Assembly (NCBI GenBank): GCA_041665085.1 | Contig: JBAYJO010000002.1 | Coordinates: 19,413 to 83,412, forward strand | Direction: 5' to 3' | Length of the DNA stretch: 64,000 bases | Origin: Patescibacteria group bacterium | GTDB taxonomy: Bacteria > Patescibacteriota > UBA1384 > JBAYJO01 | Translations under genes and position numbers: made by a program | Shown: piece after piece, positions 9,149 to 20,201 of the stretch | Layout: every line of letters begins with the position of its first letter | Numbering within the stretch: the first letter of the stretch is position 1 | The notes under the pieces: generated by a model | Told to the model about the DNA's origin: nothing | Seen by the model: only the letters and a program-made list of their open reading frames with translations | Databases searched by the model: none

Positions 9149-9648
9149 TTATAGAGGCAGGTCATTTTAAAAACTTGCCGGTTTTTTCACAAGAGGGAAA
9201 GCATCTCGGAAACATTTCTCAAATAATATTTAGTAGTGAAGAACCAAAATTAATTGGTTTTTTAATTGGTTCAAATGGTTTTTTTAAAAATCAAATGGCA
9301 ATTTCAGTTGCAGATATTGTGGCATACTTTAGGCGAATGATTATTTTAAGATCCGAAGAATCATTAGTTGAAATTGACGAAATAATTAGAATCAAAGCGG
9401 AAATTTTAAAAAACATAAAATTTCTTGACGGTAATGCCTTAGACTCGAAAAATAATAAAATTGGAATTATTGAAGATATATTAATTGATACTGATAGCGG
9501 ATTGGTTTTAAAATATTATATCTCCGGATACTCCGGTAAAAGAATTTTTCCTTCGGAAAAAGTTCTTGAAATTACTAAAGCTGGGATAGTTTTTTCTGAT
9601 GAATCGGAAAAGATGGGGGTAGTCAGCGAAGAGATGGCAATGATATAA
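9145..9648 (+). CDS. Tandem PRC-barrel domain protein
   Basis: Two repeats of V.S.EGK.LG.I / LDS.NNKIG.IEDILID. Confidence 0.7.
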   Translation: MIIEAGHFKNLPVFSQEGKHLGNISQIIFSSEEPKLIGFLIGSNGFFKNQMAISVADIVAYFRRMIILRSEESLVEIDEIIRIKAEILKNIKFLDGNALDSKNNKIGIIEDILIDTDSGLVLKYYISGYSGKRIFPSEKVLEITKAGIVFSDESEKMGVVSEEMAMI

Positions 9649-9655
9649 TAGAATA

Positions 9656-9698
9656 AGTTAAAAGTTTGTAAAGTTTATAAAGTCCATAAAGTTAAAAG
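9656..9698. repeat. Solo arm of the AAAGT(N2-4) periodic repeat element
   Basis: AGTTAAAAGTTTGTAAAGTTTATAAAGTCCATAAAGTTAAAAG, 40/43 identical to 12313-12355. Confidence 0.85.
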
Positions 9699-9707
9699 CG
9701 AGGGAAA

Positions 9708-10037
9708 ATGTTGAGTGAAACGAAACCCGCCTCTGGTGGAGGAAATGAACTAGAGCACGAAAAACAATTAGTTGAAGATTTAAAAAAGCTAACCGAATCG
9801 GTTGATAAGGTAGTAAAAGTTGTTCAAAATGTTGAATCTAAAAAATATTTACAAATGCTTGATAATCCAAGAAAGTTTTTATTTTATAGTTTTCTGCATG
9901 GCGCTTTCATTGCACTTGGATCAACGCTTGGAGTTGTAATTATATTTACCCTTCTTGCTTATATCCTAAAATCGATTGAATGGATCCCCTTTCTAGGAGA
10001 ATTTGGCGCTAGAATCGAGCCTCTGCTGCGTAAATAA
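9708..10037 (+). CDS. Small membrane protein (DUF5665-like)
   Basis: Coiled-coil then FL.G.F..LGSTLG hydrophobic segment and IPFLGE. Confidence 0.6.
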   Translation: MLSETKPASGGGNELEHEKQLVEDLKKLTESVDKVVKVVQNVESKKYLQMLDNPRKFLFYSFLHGAFIALGSTLGVVIIFTLLAYILKSIEWIPFLGEFGARIEPLLRK

Positions 10038-10082
10038 TTAAAAGTTCTTAAAATTGAAAGCTTATAAAGTCCGAGGTCAAAT

Positions 10083-10120
10083 TAAAAACAGCTCTACTTT
10101 TTCAGTAGGAGCTGTTTTTA
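10083..10120. terminator. Bidirectional intrinsic terminator between convergent genes
   Basis: TAAAAACAGCTC..GAGCTGTTTTTA inverted repeat with A/T tracts on both sides. Confidence 0.8.
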
Positions 10121-10177
10121 TATATTAATTCTACAATTCCAAAAATTTAAATTTTAAATTCTAAATTTTAAATTGTC

Positions 10178-11833
<1,656 letters not shown>

Positions 11834-11834
11834 T

Positions 11835-11939
11835 TAGTTTGAAAGTTTGTAAAGTAGAAAGTTTGTAAAGTTATCGGAAATAATTATTATAGTTTTCAAT
11901 GACTTTTAACTTTAAGAACTTTATAGACTTTATAAACTT
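11835..11939. repeat. ~105-bp quasi-palindromic AAAGT-periodic element, copy B (groES-groEL spacer)
   Basis: AAAGT-repeat left arm, ~30-bp core, ACTTT-repeat right arm; inverted homologue of 12319-12426. Confidence 0.85.
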
Positions 11940-11940
11940 G

Positions 11941-12234
11941 TTAATTATCTATAATAATCGCTAATATATCTTCTTCTTTAATTAATTTATATTCATCGCC
12001 CTCAATTTTAATGTCATGACCATGATAAGATTCAAAAGCGACTTTATCGCCAACACTCACATCAAGAGGCATTTTCTTACCATCAATAATTTTACCGCTT
12101 CCTACCTCAATAACTTCAAAAATTTGCGGTTTTTCTTTGGCACTATCAGGTAAAATAATTCCTGACTTAGTTCGCTCTTCTGATTCTAAAGCACGAACAA
12201 GAATCTTGTCTCCTAAAGGCTTTATCTTTGACAT
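11941..12234 (-). CDS. groES: Co-chaperonin GroES
   Basis: IKPLGDKILV, TKSGIILPDSAKEKP, EEDILAI. Confidence 0.98.
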   Translation of the reverse strand: MSKIKPLGDKILVRALESEERTKSGIILPDSAKEKPQIFEVIEVGSGKIIDGKKMPLDVSVGDKVAFESYHGHDIKIEGDEYKLIKEEDILAIIIDN

Positions 12235-12312
12235 AGTCTCCTTTCGCTTAGCTATTATGTTCGTTTTTCGGATTAAAAAAAACGAAAAATTATATTATCC
12301 CTCGTTTAAATT

Positions 12313-12426
12313 AGTTAAAAGTTTGTAAAGTCTATAAAGTTCTTAAAGTTAAAAGTATTTAACTATAAAAGTTATTTCCCTTATCTTTATAAACTTTCGA
12401 CTTTCTACTTTCTACTTTACGAACTA
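12313..12426. repeat. ~110-bp quasi-palindromic AAAGT-periodic element, copy A (groES leader)
   Basis: 12319-12356 is the reverse complement of 11902-11939 at 37/38; core AACTATAAAAGTTATTTCC matches the reverse complement AACTATAATAATTATTTCC in copy B. Confidence 0.85.
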
Positions 12427-12478
12427 TTAAATTGTCAACGGGGTAGCGAGAAGGGGGTACACGCTACCACCACTTCAA

Positions 12479-12507
12479 AAGTTACCACTCTAACCTATCT
12501 TTGTCAA
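12479..12507 (-). promoter_or_regulatory. Putative sigma70 promoter of groES-groEL
   Basis: Minus strand TTGACA-N17-TAACTT with TG extended -10. Confidence 0.65.
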
Positions 12508-13155
12508 GCGAGTCAAACTGGTTGGATGAAAACAGAGCATTGCGTCATTTGCAATGATTAAACCTTTGTTTTTTAGGGTTAAAGAATTGTTTTTAATTTT
12601 TTTAATTTGAATATTTTTAAGAATATTTTCAATAATATTTCCCATTGTTCCGCTAAGTAAATGCTCGAAAAATATACAAAAACATATTAATAATATATTT
12701 TTATTGTGTTTTTTTTCTGTATTTTTTTTAACTTCAACAAAATTATTCATCCAATAATTTTCATCAATAAATTTTTGGTATATATTTTTATCAAGAATTG
12801 GAACGGTTGTTGAATAAACTTTAGCATGGTATATATCATACGGATAAATTACCAATGAATCGGTTGTAATATATCTATTTAAACAAATTCTGCCGGCTAT
12901 CTTCGAGTTAGTTCTTTTAAGATTAAGTATTTGAATAATAAAATTAACAAAAAAACGACAGGTAAAAATCCTTTTGGATTTTGTTACAATTAAAAAATCA
13001 ATATCACTCATCTGATTGATTTTTCCGGAAGTTAAAGATCCATTTACTCCGACCATACGCAAAAAAGGTGCTGCTTCAAGATAATAAGCAGCTTTTTCTG
13101 CCTTTCGCCAATATTTTTCCTCAAGTGTCATATTTTTAGAATATAACATTTGCAT
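12490..13155 (-). CDS. Hypothetical protein with nucleotidyltransferase-like motif
   Basis: VGVNGSLTSG...SDIDFLIV (GS-x10-DxD), ICLNRY. Confidence 0.65.
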   Translation of the reverse strand: MQMLYSKNMTLEEKYWRKAEKAAYYLEAAPFLRMVGVNGSLTSGKINQMSDIDFLIVTKSKRIFTCRFFVNFIIQILNLKRTNSKIAGRICLNRYITTDSLVIYPYDIYHAKVYSTTVPILDKNIYQKFIDENYWMNNFVEVKKNTEKKHNKNILLICFCIFFEHLLSGTMGNIIENILKNIQIKKIKNNSLTLKNKGLIIANDAMLCFHPTSLTRLTKIG

Positions 13156-13167
13156 AAAAAGGGGAAT

Positions 13168-14523
13168 TTAGTTCAGAGATGGTTCTTTGCCGATTAAAGA
13201 AATGAGATAATTCTTTTTTTCTTCCATAAGATCATTTGTTTTCGCTTCAAGATTAAGTCTTAAGAGGGGCTCATTGTTTGAAGGTCTTAAATTAAACCAC
13301 CAATTATCAAATTCAACGCTTAAGCCATCAAGAGTAAATTTATTGCCATCTTGAATTTTTTCACTGATTTCTTCAATTTTTAGTTTAGGATTTTCAACTT
13401 CAAAGTTTATTTCGCCCGTATGAAAATAGCGCTTAAATGGTTTTGTAACTAAAGAAATTTTTTGACCATTTCCGGAAAGAAAACTTAATATTTGAACTAA
13501 TGCCATGTCAGCATTATCTGTATAATTTAAATCTTTGAAATAATAATGGTTGGAAAGTTCGCCGGCAAATATCACATTATTTTTTCTCATTATCGGTTTG
13601 ATTAAACCGTGCCCTACAACACACATTTCCGGTTTTCCGCCAGAAGAAATTATTTCTTCTTTCACAGCCCAAGTACTTCTTAAATCATACATTATTGTAG
13701 AACCGGCGTTTGTTTTAAGAATTTCTTTAGCAATAATTATAGTGATTAAATCACCATTTATAACCTCACCTTTTTCATCAACAAAACCAATGCGATCACC
13801 ATCGCCATCAAAAGAAATTCCAAGCGAAGCATTTTGTTTCAAAACCTCTTTTTGCAAAACTTTTAATGATTCAGTTTTTAGGGGATTTGGTTCATGATTT
13901 GGAAATGATCCATCCGATTCAAAATAAAGCGGAATATAATCAATTTTCAATTGACTAAGTAAACTTGATATAACCATTCCTTCGATTCCATTTCCAACAT
14001 CAACAACAATTTTACCAATTTTTTGCGGATCAATTTTGACATTTTCTGTTATTTTATTTACATATTGATCCAAAATATCAACTTTTGTTATTTGACCGTT
14101 GAAGTTACTTGTTTTAATTCCATTTGTTTTTATCAAATCTTCAATATCAGTTGTTTTAATAAAAGTTGTAATGTATTGAGCTTCAGGGCCGCAAATTTTT
14201 AGGCCATTATAATTTGATGGGTTATGACTTGCTGTGATCATTATAGAGGCATCAGTTTTACAATAAATATTCGCAAAATAGCTCATAGTAGTTGAGCATA
14301 AACCAATATCGATAATTTCAATTCCCATTTCAAGCAAACCATTTTTTAAAGATTCAAATAAAGCAGGCGATGAAAGTCTCATGTCGCGACCTATTACAAT
14401 TTTTTTTGCATTAAGAAGTTGCGTTACTGCTTGTCCAATTTTTGAAATACCCTCCTCGTCGAGCTCGCTTGGATAAATTCCCCTGATATCACAAGCTTTG
14501 AAAATTTGTCTTGAAATATTCAT
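13168..14523 (-). CDS. Phosphomannomutase/phosphoglucomutase
   Basis: DIRG, ITASHNP phosphoserine loop, FDGDGDR, GELSNH, RPSNNEP. Confidence 0.95.
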   Translation of the reverse strand: MNISRQIFKACDIRGIYPSELDEEGISKIGQAVTQLLNAKKIVIGRDMRLSSPALFESLKNGLLEMGIEIIDIGLCSTTMSYFANIYCKTDASIMITASHNPSNYNGLKICGPEAQYITTFIKTTDIEDLIKTNGIKTSNFNGQITKVDILDQYVNKITENVKIDPQKIGKIVVDVGNGIEGMVISSLLSQLKIDYIPLYFESDGSFPNHEPNPLKTESLKVLQKEVLKQNASLGISFDGDGDRIGFVDEKGEVINGDLITIIIAKEILKTNAGSTIMYDLRSTWAVKEEIISSGGKPEMCVVGHGLIKPIMRKNNVIFAGELSNHYYFKDLNYTDNADMALVQILSFLSGNGQKISLVTKPFKRYFHTGEINFEVENPKLKIEEISEKIQDGNKFTLDGLSVEFDNWWFNLRPSNNEPLLRLNLEAKTNDLMEEKKNYLISLIGKEPSLN

Positions 14524-14589
14524 AATGACTCCTTTTAATAACTCTTGGAATGATTTAAGTATAATCTGTTTTTTTAAATCTTTAAAGTC

Positions 14590-14618
14590 TTGACAAAAAC
14601 ATGTTTTTAGAGTAAAAT
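14590..14618 (+). promoter_or_regulatory. sigma70 promoter with a 14-bp palindrome in the spacer
   Basis: TTGACA-N17-TAAAAT; AAAAACATGTTTTT perfect palindrome at 14595-14608. Confidence 0.75.
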
Positions 14619-14659
14619 GGTAATACTTTTACCGAACTGCGGAAAAGGAGGGAAAGAGA

Positions 14660-14935
14660 GTGAGAATTAAAACAGTCAACCTAAGTGGAGAGCAAATCCT
14701 CACCAAGCGAAACGCCGAGGTACTAGAGCTTTATCTTCAAGGAAAGACGTCAGGGCAAGTCGCTGATGCTCTGTATGTCACAACCGACAATGTTCACTGG
14801 CATGTGACAAAATCGTATGACATATTGAGACAGCATTCTGGCATGCAGATCAAAAACAAGCAGCATGCCATCGTAGCGCTCGCGACCTTGGGGATGATCG
14901 AATTCCAATCACTTTACCAAGAGCCCTCGACGTAG
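14660..14935 (+). CDS. Stand-alone LuxR/GerE-type HTH protein, GC-rich solo gene
   Basis: LTKRNAEVLELYLQGKTSGQVADALYVTTDNVHWH; GTG start after AAGGAGG. Confidence 0.8.
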   Translation: MRIKTVNLSGEQILTKRNAEVLELYLQGKTSGQVADALYVTTDNVHWHVTKSYDILRQHSGMQIKNKQHAIVALATLGMIEFQSLYQEPST

Positions 14936-14945
14936 TCGAGGGCTC
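14921..14945. terminator. GC-rich perfect hairpin overlapping the stop codon
   Basis: GAGCCCTCGAC-GTA-GTCGAGGGCTC. Confidence 0.6.
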
Positions 14946-14996
14946 GCACTGTATTCTCTTGTGTTTTTTAAATATTAAAAACTTATAAACTAATCA

Positions 14997-16802
14997 TTAT
15001 TCCGGCGGAGGACAGCCCTCCCCTTCTTTAGTGCCAACTAAATATTTTGCCTGCCAAGGAACATAACTTGAGCTGAATTTTTGACTATTTATTTCCTTGC
15101 CGCTTGAATCCATAACCTTGTATTCAAAGCTGGCTTTGGCACCGTCATGAGAGCTCTCAAGCTTTTTCGTTTCTCCTTTGCACAATGTATCTGTTTCAAC
15201 ATATTGTGGATCTGGCGCCGGTGTGATGTCATAAACAACCGGATCTGAAATCGTTACTTTTCGATTATCTGTTCTACCATAAATATTAAAAGTAATCGAA
15301 TAATTCTCTACCTTAGTTTGTACCAGTAAATAATCATTATAGGTATTTTTCATTTTAAGATCCGGCTTTGGCAAATAAACAGTTGCATCCATTCCAACTG
15401 GAGGTTCATAATAACTAACCCTGTAACGATGATTGGTTCTTTCTGTTATTTCAAGTCCGGCGTTCAATGCTGCTCTGAAAAATGTGGTAGAAACCTGACA
15501 TAGGCCTCCGCCATATTCCGGTTTTGTACCGTCTTCTTTGATAACCAGTTCTGGCAAATATCCGGTTGAGGCATCAACTGCTCCTAGCGTTTGCACTACC
15601 GAAAGTTCTTCACCTGGTTTTATTAAAATACCATCAAATCTCGATGCTCCAACTTCGATATTGTGAACCCTATTGTTTGGGCTTTTGATAAAATTGGTCG
15701 TACCAGTACCAACAAGATCATTGAAATAAAGACTATTAATACCGCTTAAATCTTGCACTTTAGCTTTACTGACTGTTGTATTTACCGCAACCTGATGCTC
15801 TCCTTTATTTAGAACATCAATAATATCTTTAACTAGGCGATCCTGATCAACCACCACACCATCTTCTGCTTCTTGAAAAACAACTATTTTATCACCTGTT
15901 TTTTTAAGACGCGCTTCTTTTACCGGATTGTCGATCTTCAAAGCGATTTTTTCTGTAATCCACGCTTTCATCTTCTCCTCGTCAAATGAAACTTCTAAGT
16001 TTTTTCCCTTTGGCGTAAAAGTCAGCCAAGACCACTGGGTATTTTTAATAGCGACAAATTTCCTATTTTCAAATGATAAAGTAAGATCATCGGATAAATA
16101 TTTTTCAACTTGAGTTTTTGTATTTTCAATATCAACGGCACTTATATCAGGTTTTTTATCATTAAGCGTTAAAATTATGTTGGATTTTTCTAAATTTTTA
16201 AGGTTTACTACCAGATTATCGATCAATGTCGCTTGATTAAGCCGCTTGCCTGATGTTTCAGGGACAATCTTAAGCTGATCATTTTCATAAGTTAATGAAG
16301 CATTTTTTTCAGGTTCATCAATTTCAGAAGCAGCTGAAGCAATAAATGTTCTTAGATCTTCTAACCCGTCCTTTGGCTCAACTTTTATTTTATATGAAAA
16401 AAACAAACAACGAGTTTGATCGTAAATTGTTTTTAAAAAATCAGGATGATGACCAACAAGCATTGCTTCTTTTTCTGCTTTTGAAATATCAAAATCAATT
16501 CCAAGATCAGATAAACTTTTTTTCCATTCTCGGTCTTGATATTTTAATATAACGGTTTCATTTTCAATTTCTTTTGATTTTTGAACTAATGTTTCATGAA
16601 GTTCTTGCTGATTTTTTCCTGATAGTTTAATTGAACCGATCATAACTTTTGGCAAAACTTTATCAGAGTAATAAGCAGAGTATGCAGCAAATATGCCGGT
16701 GAAAAAAATAATTAAAAATAAAATTATACCACCAATGATAATCAAACTTTTTTTTGATTTTAAGGAATGATTATTAACTTGATCAGCTTTTTTCTTTTCC
16801 AT
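14997..16802 (-). CDS. VanW family protein (N-terminal TM, PG-binding repeats, VanW domain, G5-like tail)
   Basis: NRVHNI, GGGLCQVSTTFFRAA, ITERTNH, GMDATVY. Confidence 0.9.
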   Translation of the reverse strand: MEKKKADQVNNHSLKSKKSLIIIGGIILFLIIFFTGIFAAYSAYYSDKVLPKVMIGSIKLSGKNQQELHETLVQKSKEIENETVILKYQDREWKKSLSDLGIDFDISKAEKEAMLVGHHPDFLKTIYDQTRCLFFSYKIKVEPKDGLEDLRTFIASAASEIDEPEKNASLTYENDQLKIVPETSGKRLNQATLIDNLVVNLKNLEKSNIILTLNDKKPDISAVDIENTKTQVEKYLSDDLTLSFENRKFVAIKNTQWSWLTFTPKGKNLEVSFDEEKMKAWITEKIALKIDNPVKEARLKKTGDKIVVFQEAEDGVVVDQDRLVKDIIDVLNKGEHQVAVNTTVSKAKVQDLSGINSLYFNDLVGTGTTNFIKSPNNRVHNIEVGASRFDGILIKPGEELSVVQTLGAVDASTGYLPELVIKEDGTKPEYGGGLCQVSTTFFRAALNAGLEITERTNHRYRVSYYEPPVGMDATVYLPKPDLKMKNTYNDYLLVQTKVENYSITFNIYGRTDNRKVTISDPVVYDITPAPDPQYVETDTLCKGETKKLESSHDGAKASFEYKVMDSSGKEINSQKFSSSYVPWQAKYLVGTKEGEGCPPPE

Positions 16803-17028
16803 TTAATATTTGATGTAAAATATTTTTAGCCAAATCATTGCTATCTTGTTCGTACTCTTCTTTCGATTTAATCATTAAAAATAATTTATCTTTTTTTTGC
16901 AGTTCGCGCGGCAGATTTATTTTTGGCCAAAATATTTCCTGACCATCTTCCAGTCTCATGACAGCGCATCCTCCCTCATATCGCTCAAAGACTACTTCTA
17001 AGCTGCTTTTGGGTTTTTTATTTTTCAT
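16783..17028 (-). CDS. Small protein, DUF3006-like
   Basis: FERYEGGCAVM...WPKINLP pattern. Confidence 0.55.
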   Translation of the reverse strand: MKNKKPKSSLEVVFERYEGGCAVMRLEDGQEIFWPKINLPRELQKKDKLFLMIKSKEEYEQDSNDLAKNILHQILNGKEKS

Positions 17029-17030
17029 GA

Positions 17031-19049
17031 TTATATTATGAAAGAAACGATCAATAAAGCAATAATATTTACAATTTTAATCATTGGGTTAATTGCAGGA
17101 CCGGCCGTATCTTTGTATGGATCGCCAACCGTATCACCTGTAACAGCTGCTTTGTGAGCTTCCGATCCCTTGCCGCCATGGTTTCCAAGCTCAATATACT
17201 TCTTGCCATTATCCCAAGCAGCTCCACCAGTAGTCATTGATATTGCCACAAATATTCCTGTAACAATTGTACCGACAAGCATACCGCCTAAAGCAACCGG
17301 TCCAAGAATAAAACCAACAATAATTGGAGCAAGAACTGGAATTAGGGCCGGAACAATCATTTGTCTAATTGCAGCTTGAGTTACAATATCGACTGCTCGA
17401 TCATATTTTGGCTTGCCTTTTCCGGTCATAATACCCTTAATTTCTTTAAACTGTTTTCTAACCTCATTTACAACAGCACCGGCAGTTTTGCTAACAGCTT
17501 CCATTGAAAGCGAGGCAAAATAATAAGGAAGAAGTCCGCCGATAAATAAACCGACTAAAACTTTAGGATTGGTTAGACTAAAATCAAAAGTTTGATCAAG
17601 TCCTTTTTCAGAAGCCTTAAGCGTTAAATCTTGAACAAAGGAAGCAAAAAGAACAATGGCAGCAAGACCGGCTGATGCAATAGCATATCCTTTTGTAACT
17701 GCTTTGGTAGTATTTCCAACAGCATCAAGCTCATCGGTAACCTCTCTGGTTTTTTCGTCAAAACCTGACATTTCGGCAATCCCACCGGCATTATCGGCAA
17801 TTGGGCCATAAGAATCCAAAGCAACAATAATTCCGGTCATTGAAAGCATTGAAAATGCGGCGATTGCAACTCCGTAGAGATCAGCTAAAGAATAAGCGCT
17901 TAAAATACCAGCTGCAATAACTATCACAGGTAATGCGGTTGATTTCATTGAAACAGCTAGGCCGGCGATGATATTTGTGCCATGTCCTGAAAGTGAAGAT
18001 TCAGCAATAGATCTAACCGGCTTATATTTGGTTGAGGTATAATATTCTGTAATGGCAAAAATTAATGCTGTAATGATTATCCCAACTAGAGAAGCGAAGA
18101 AAAGATTATCAGTTGAATATTTTCCATTGCCACTCATTAACCAATTTGTAGCAAAATAGAAACCAATAGCAGAAATAATAATTGAAGCGGTTAATCCTTG
18201 ATAAAGCGCTCGCATAATTGCTTTGCCGCGAAGTCTAACAAAATAGATACCAATAATTGATGAAATCACAGATATTCCTCCAAGTAGTAATGGATAAATC
18301 AAAGCTGATTCATTTCCCTTAAAAACAAGAGAAGCAAGAAGCATAGTTGCAACAGCAGTAACGGCATAAGTTTCGAAAAGATCAGCAGCCATACCGGCAC
18401 AGTCTCCAACATTATCCCCAACATTATCAGCAATAACAGCTGGGTTTCTTGGATCATCTTCTGGAATACCGGCTTCAATCTTACCAACAAGATCAGCTCC
18501 AACGTCAGCGGCTTTAGTAAAAATTCCACCACCAAGTCTAGCAAAAATTGAAATTAATGATCCGCCAAAACCAAGGGCAACCAATGCATTTACATCTCGG
18601 GTTAAATAATAAAAACCGGAAACTCCAAGAAGTCCAAGTCCAACAACCAGAAGACCAGTTACAGCACCACCCCTAAAGGCAACAGCTAAGGCATCTTTTA
18701 AACCCTTACTTGCAGCTTCGGCGCATCTAACATTAGCTCTAACAGAAATATTCATTCCAATAAATCCGGCCAGCCCTGAAAAAATGGCACCAATCAAAAA
18801 GCCAAGAGATTCTTTCCATCCAAAAGCAAAATTAAGAATAACTGCAATTATTACAGCAATTACTCCGATTGTTTTATATTGTCTGGACAAAAAGGCTGCA
18901 GCACCTTGTTGAATATAGCCTGCAATTTCTTTGGCGCGTTCATTTTGAACTTTGATTTTTAAGATCCACCTCGATAAATAGATTCCCCACAAGATTGCTA
19001 AAACTGATCCTCCAAGTGCCAGATATAAGGCGATATCTACTGCTGCCAT
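17031..19049 (-). CDS. hppA: Membrane-bound ion-translocating pyrophosphatase (K+-independent type)
   Basis: [54 protein letters not shown]. Confidence 0.95.
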   Translation of the reverse strand: MAAVDIALYLALGGSVLAILWGIYLSRWILKIKVQNERAKEIAGYIQQGAAAFLSRQYKTIGVIAVIIAVILNFAFGWKESLGFLIGAIFSGLAGFIGMNISVRANVRCAEAASKGLKDALAVAFRGGAVTGLLVVGLGLLGVSGFYYLTRDVNALVALGFGGSLISIFARLGGGIFTKAADVGADLVGKIEAGIPEDDPRNPAVIADNVGDNVGDCAGMAADLFETYAVTAVATMLLASLVFKGNESALIYPLLLGGISVISSIIGIYFVRLRGKAIMRALYQGLTASIIISAIGFYFATNWLMSGNGKYSTDNLFFASLVGIIITALIFAITEYYTSTKYKPVRSIAESSLSGHGTNIIAGLAVSMKSTALPVIVIAAGILSAYSLADLYGVAIAAFSMLSMTGIIVALDSYGPIADNAGGIAEMSGFDEKTREVTDELDAVGNTTKAVTKGYAIASAGLAAIVLFASFVQDLTLKASEKGLDQTFDFSLTNPKVLVGLFIGGLLPYYFASLSMEAVSKTAGAVVNEVRKQFKEIKGIMTGKGKPKYDRAVDIVTQAAIRQMIVPALIPVLAPIIVGFILGPVALGGMLVGTIVTGIFVAISMTTGGAAWDNGKKYIELGNHGGKGSEAHKAAVTGDTVGDPYKDTAGPAINPMIKIVNIIALLIVSFII

Positions 19050-19077
19050 TTTTTATCCTTTCTATATATAAATTTTT

Positions 19078-20184
19078 CTAAGATTCTTGAATTACTTTTT
19101 TATAAACTTGTTGTATTTCTTTAGCCATTTTATGCCAAGAAAACTTTTTAAGCTGCACGTCGATATTATCTATTAACTTATTTCTTATATATTTATCTGT
19201 TACTGCAGAGGTTATTACTTCGGCCATTTCCTTCACATTTTCCGGATCAAAGTAAGCAGCGGCTTTGCCACCAACTTCGGGCAATGAAGAAGTATTTGCT
19301 GAAGCAACAGGAACGTGGCAGGCAAATCCCTCAACTACCGGAAGTCCAAATCCTTCCATTAATGAAGGCATTACAAGTAGCTTAGATCCGCTGATAAGAA
19401 CCGGGATTTTATCTTCCGGCACAAAACCAGTAAATATAATATTGTTTTTTAAGTCGGTAGCTTCAATTTCTTTATTCATCTCTAAATAATTCGGATTTTT
19501 CTTACCAATAAAAACCAATTGATAATCTAAACCTTTTTTTCTAAACAAAGAAAAAGCCCTGACTAATCTTGCCAAATTTTTGTGCGGCCTTTGTTGTCCA
19601 AGATATACAATATAAGGCTTGGTTATATTATAACCTGAAGTTACACTTTTAATCAAGGTTTTATTAGAGATAGGACGGAACCGATCACTGTAACCTAAAT
19701 AAATTACAGAAATAATATCTGGATCAATATTATACACTTCTGTAATTTTATCTTTAGTAAATTCGGCATCAGTAATTATATGATCAACAGACTTAATTGT
19801 TTTTTTAATCATATAGTCATAAATTTTTTGTTTAATAAAAGGATTTGTTCTGAAATAACTAAGAGTTAAATCATGGATTGTAGCAATAGATTTTTTCTTA
19901 TAAAAAATCGGTTTATTAAAATGCACAAAATGCATCAGATCTAGATTATAACTATTCAATATTTTATGCAGACTTGTTTGTTCTTTTAAAGAATAATGTT
20001 TGATGTCGGTTTTAACAAACGAAAAATTGTCTTGTTTAAGAGGTGACTCATACGATGGATTTGTGAATACGACATATTCATTTTCATTATCAATTTGAGC
20101 TAAATTTTTAATTAACTCTTCACTGTATGTACCATGACCTGATTCTGATCGGTGCAAAAAACGACCGTCAATTCCTATTTTCAT
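19078..20184 (-). CDS. GT4 glycosyltransferase
   Basis: KIGIDGR, TIHDL, HKNL, EGFGLPVVE. Confidence 0.93.
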   Translation of the reverse strand: MKIGIDGRFLHRSESGHGTYSEELIKNLAQIDNENEYVVFTNPSYESPLKQDNFSFVKTDIKHYSLKEQTSLHKILNSYNLDLMHFVHFNKPIFYKKKSIATIHDLTLSYFRTNPFIKQKIYDYMIKKTIKSVDHIITDAEFTKDKITEVYNIDPDIISVIYLGYSDRFRPISNKTLIKSVTSGYNITKPYIVYLGQQRPHKNLARLVRAFSLFRKKGLDYQLVFIGKKNPNYLEMNKEIEATDLKNNIIFTGFVPEDKIPVLISGSKLLVMPSLMEGFGLPVVEGFACHVPVASANTSSLPEVGGKAAAYFDPENVKEMAEVITSAVTDKYIRNKLIDNIDVQLKKFSWHKMAKEIQQVYKKVIQES

Positions 20185-20201
20185 AATTTACCTCTAGCAT
20201 T

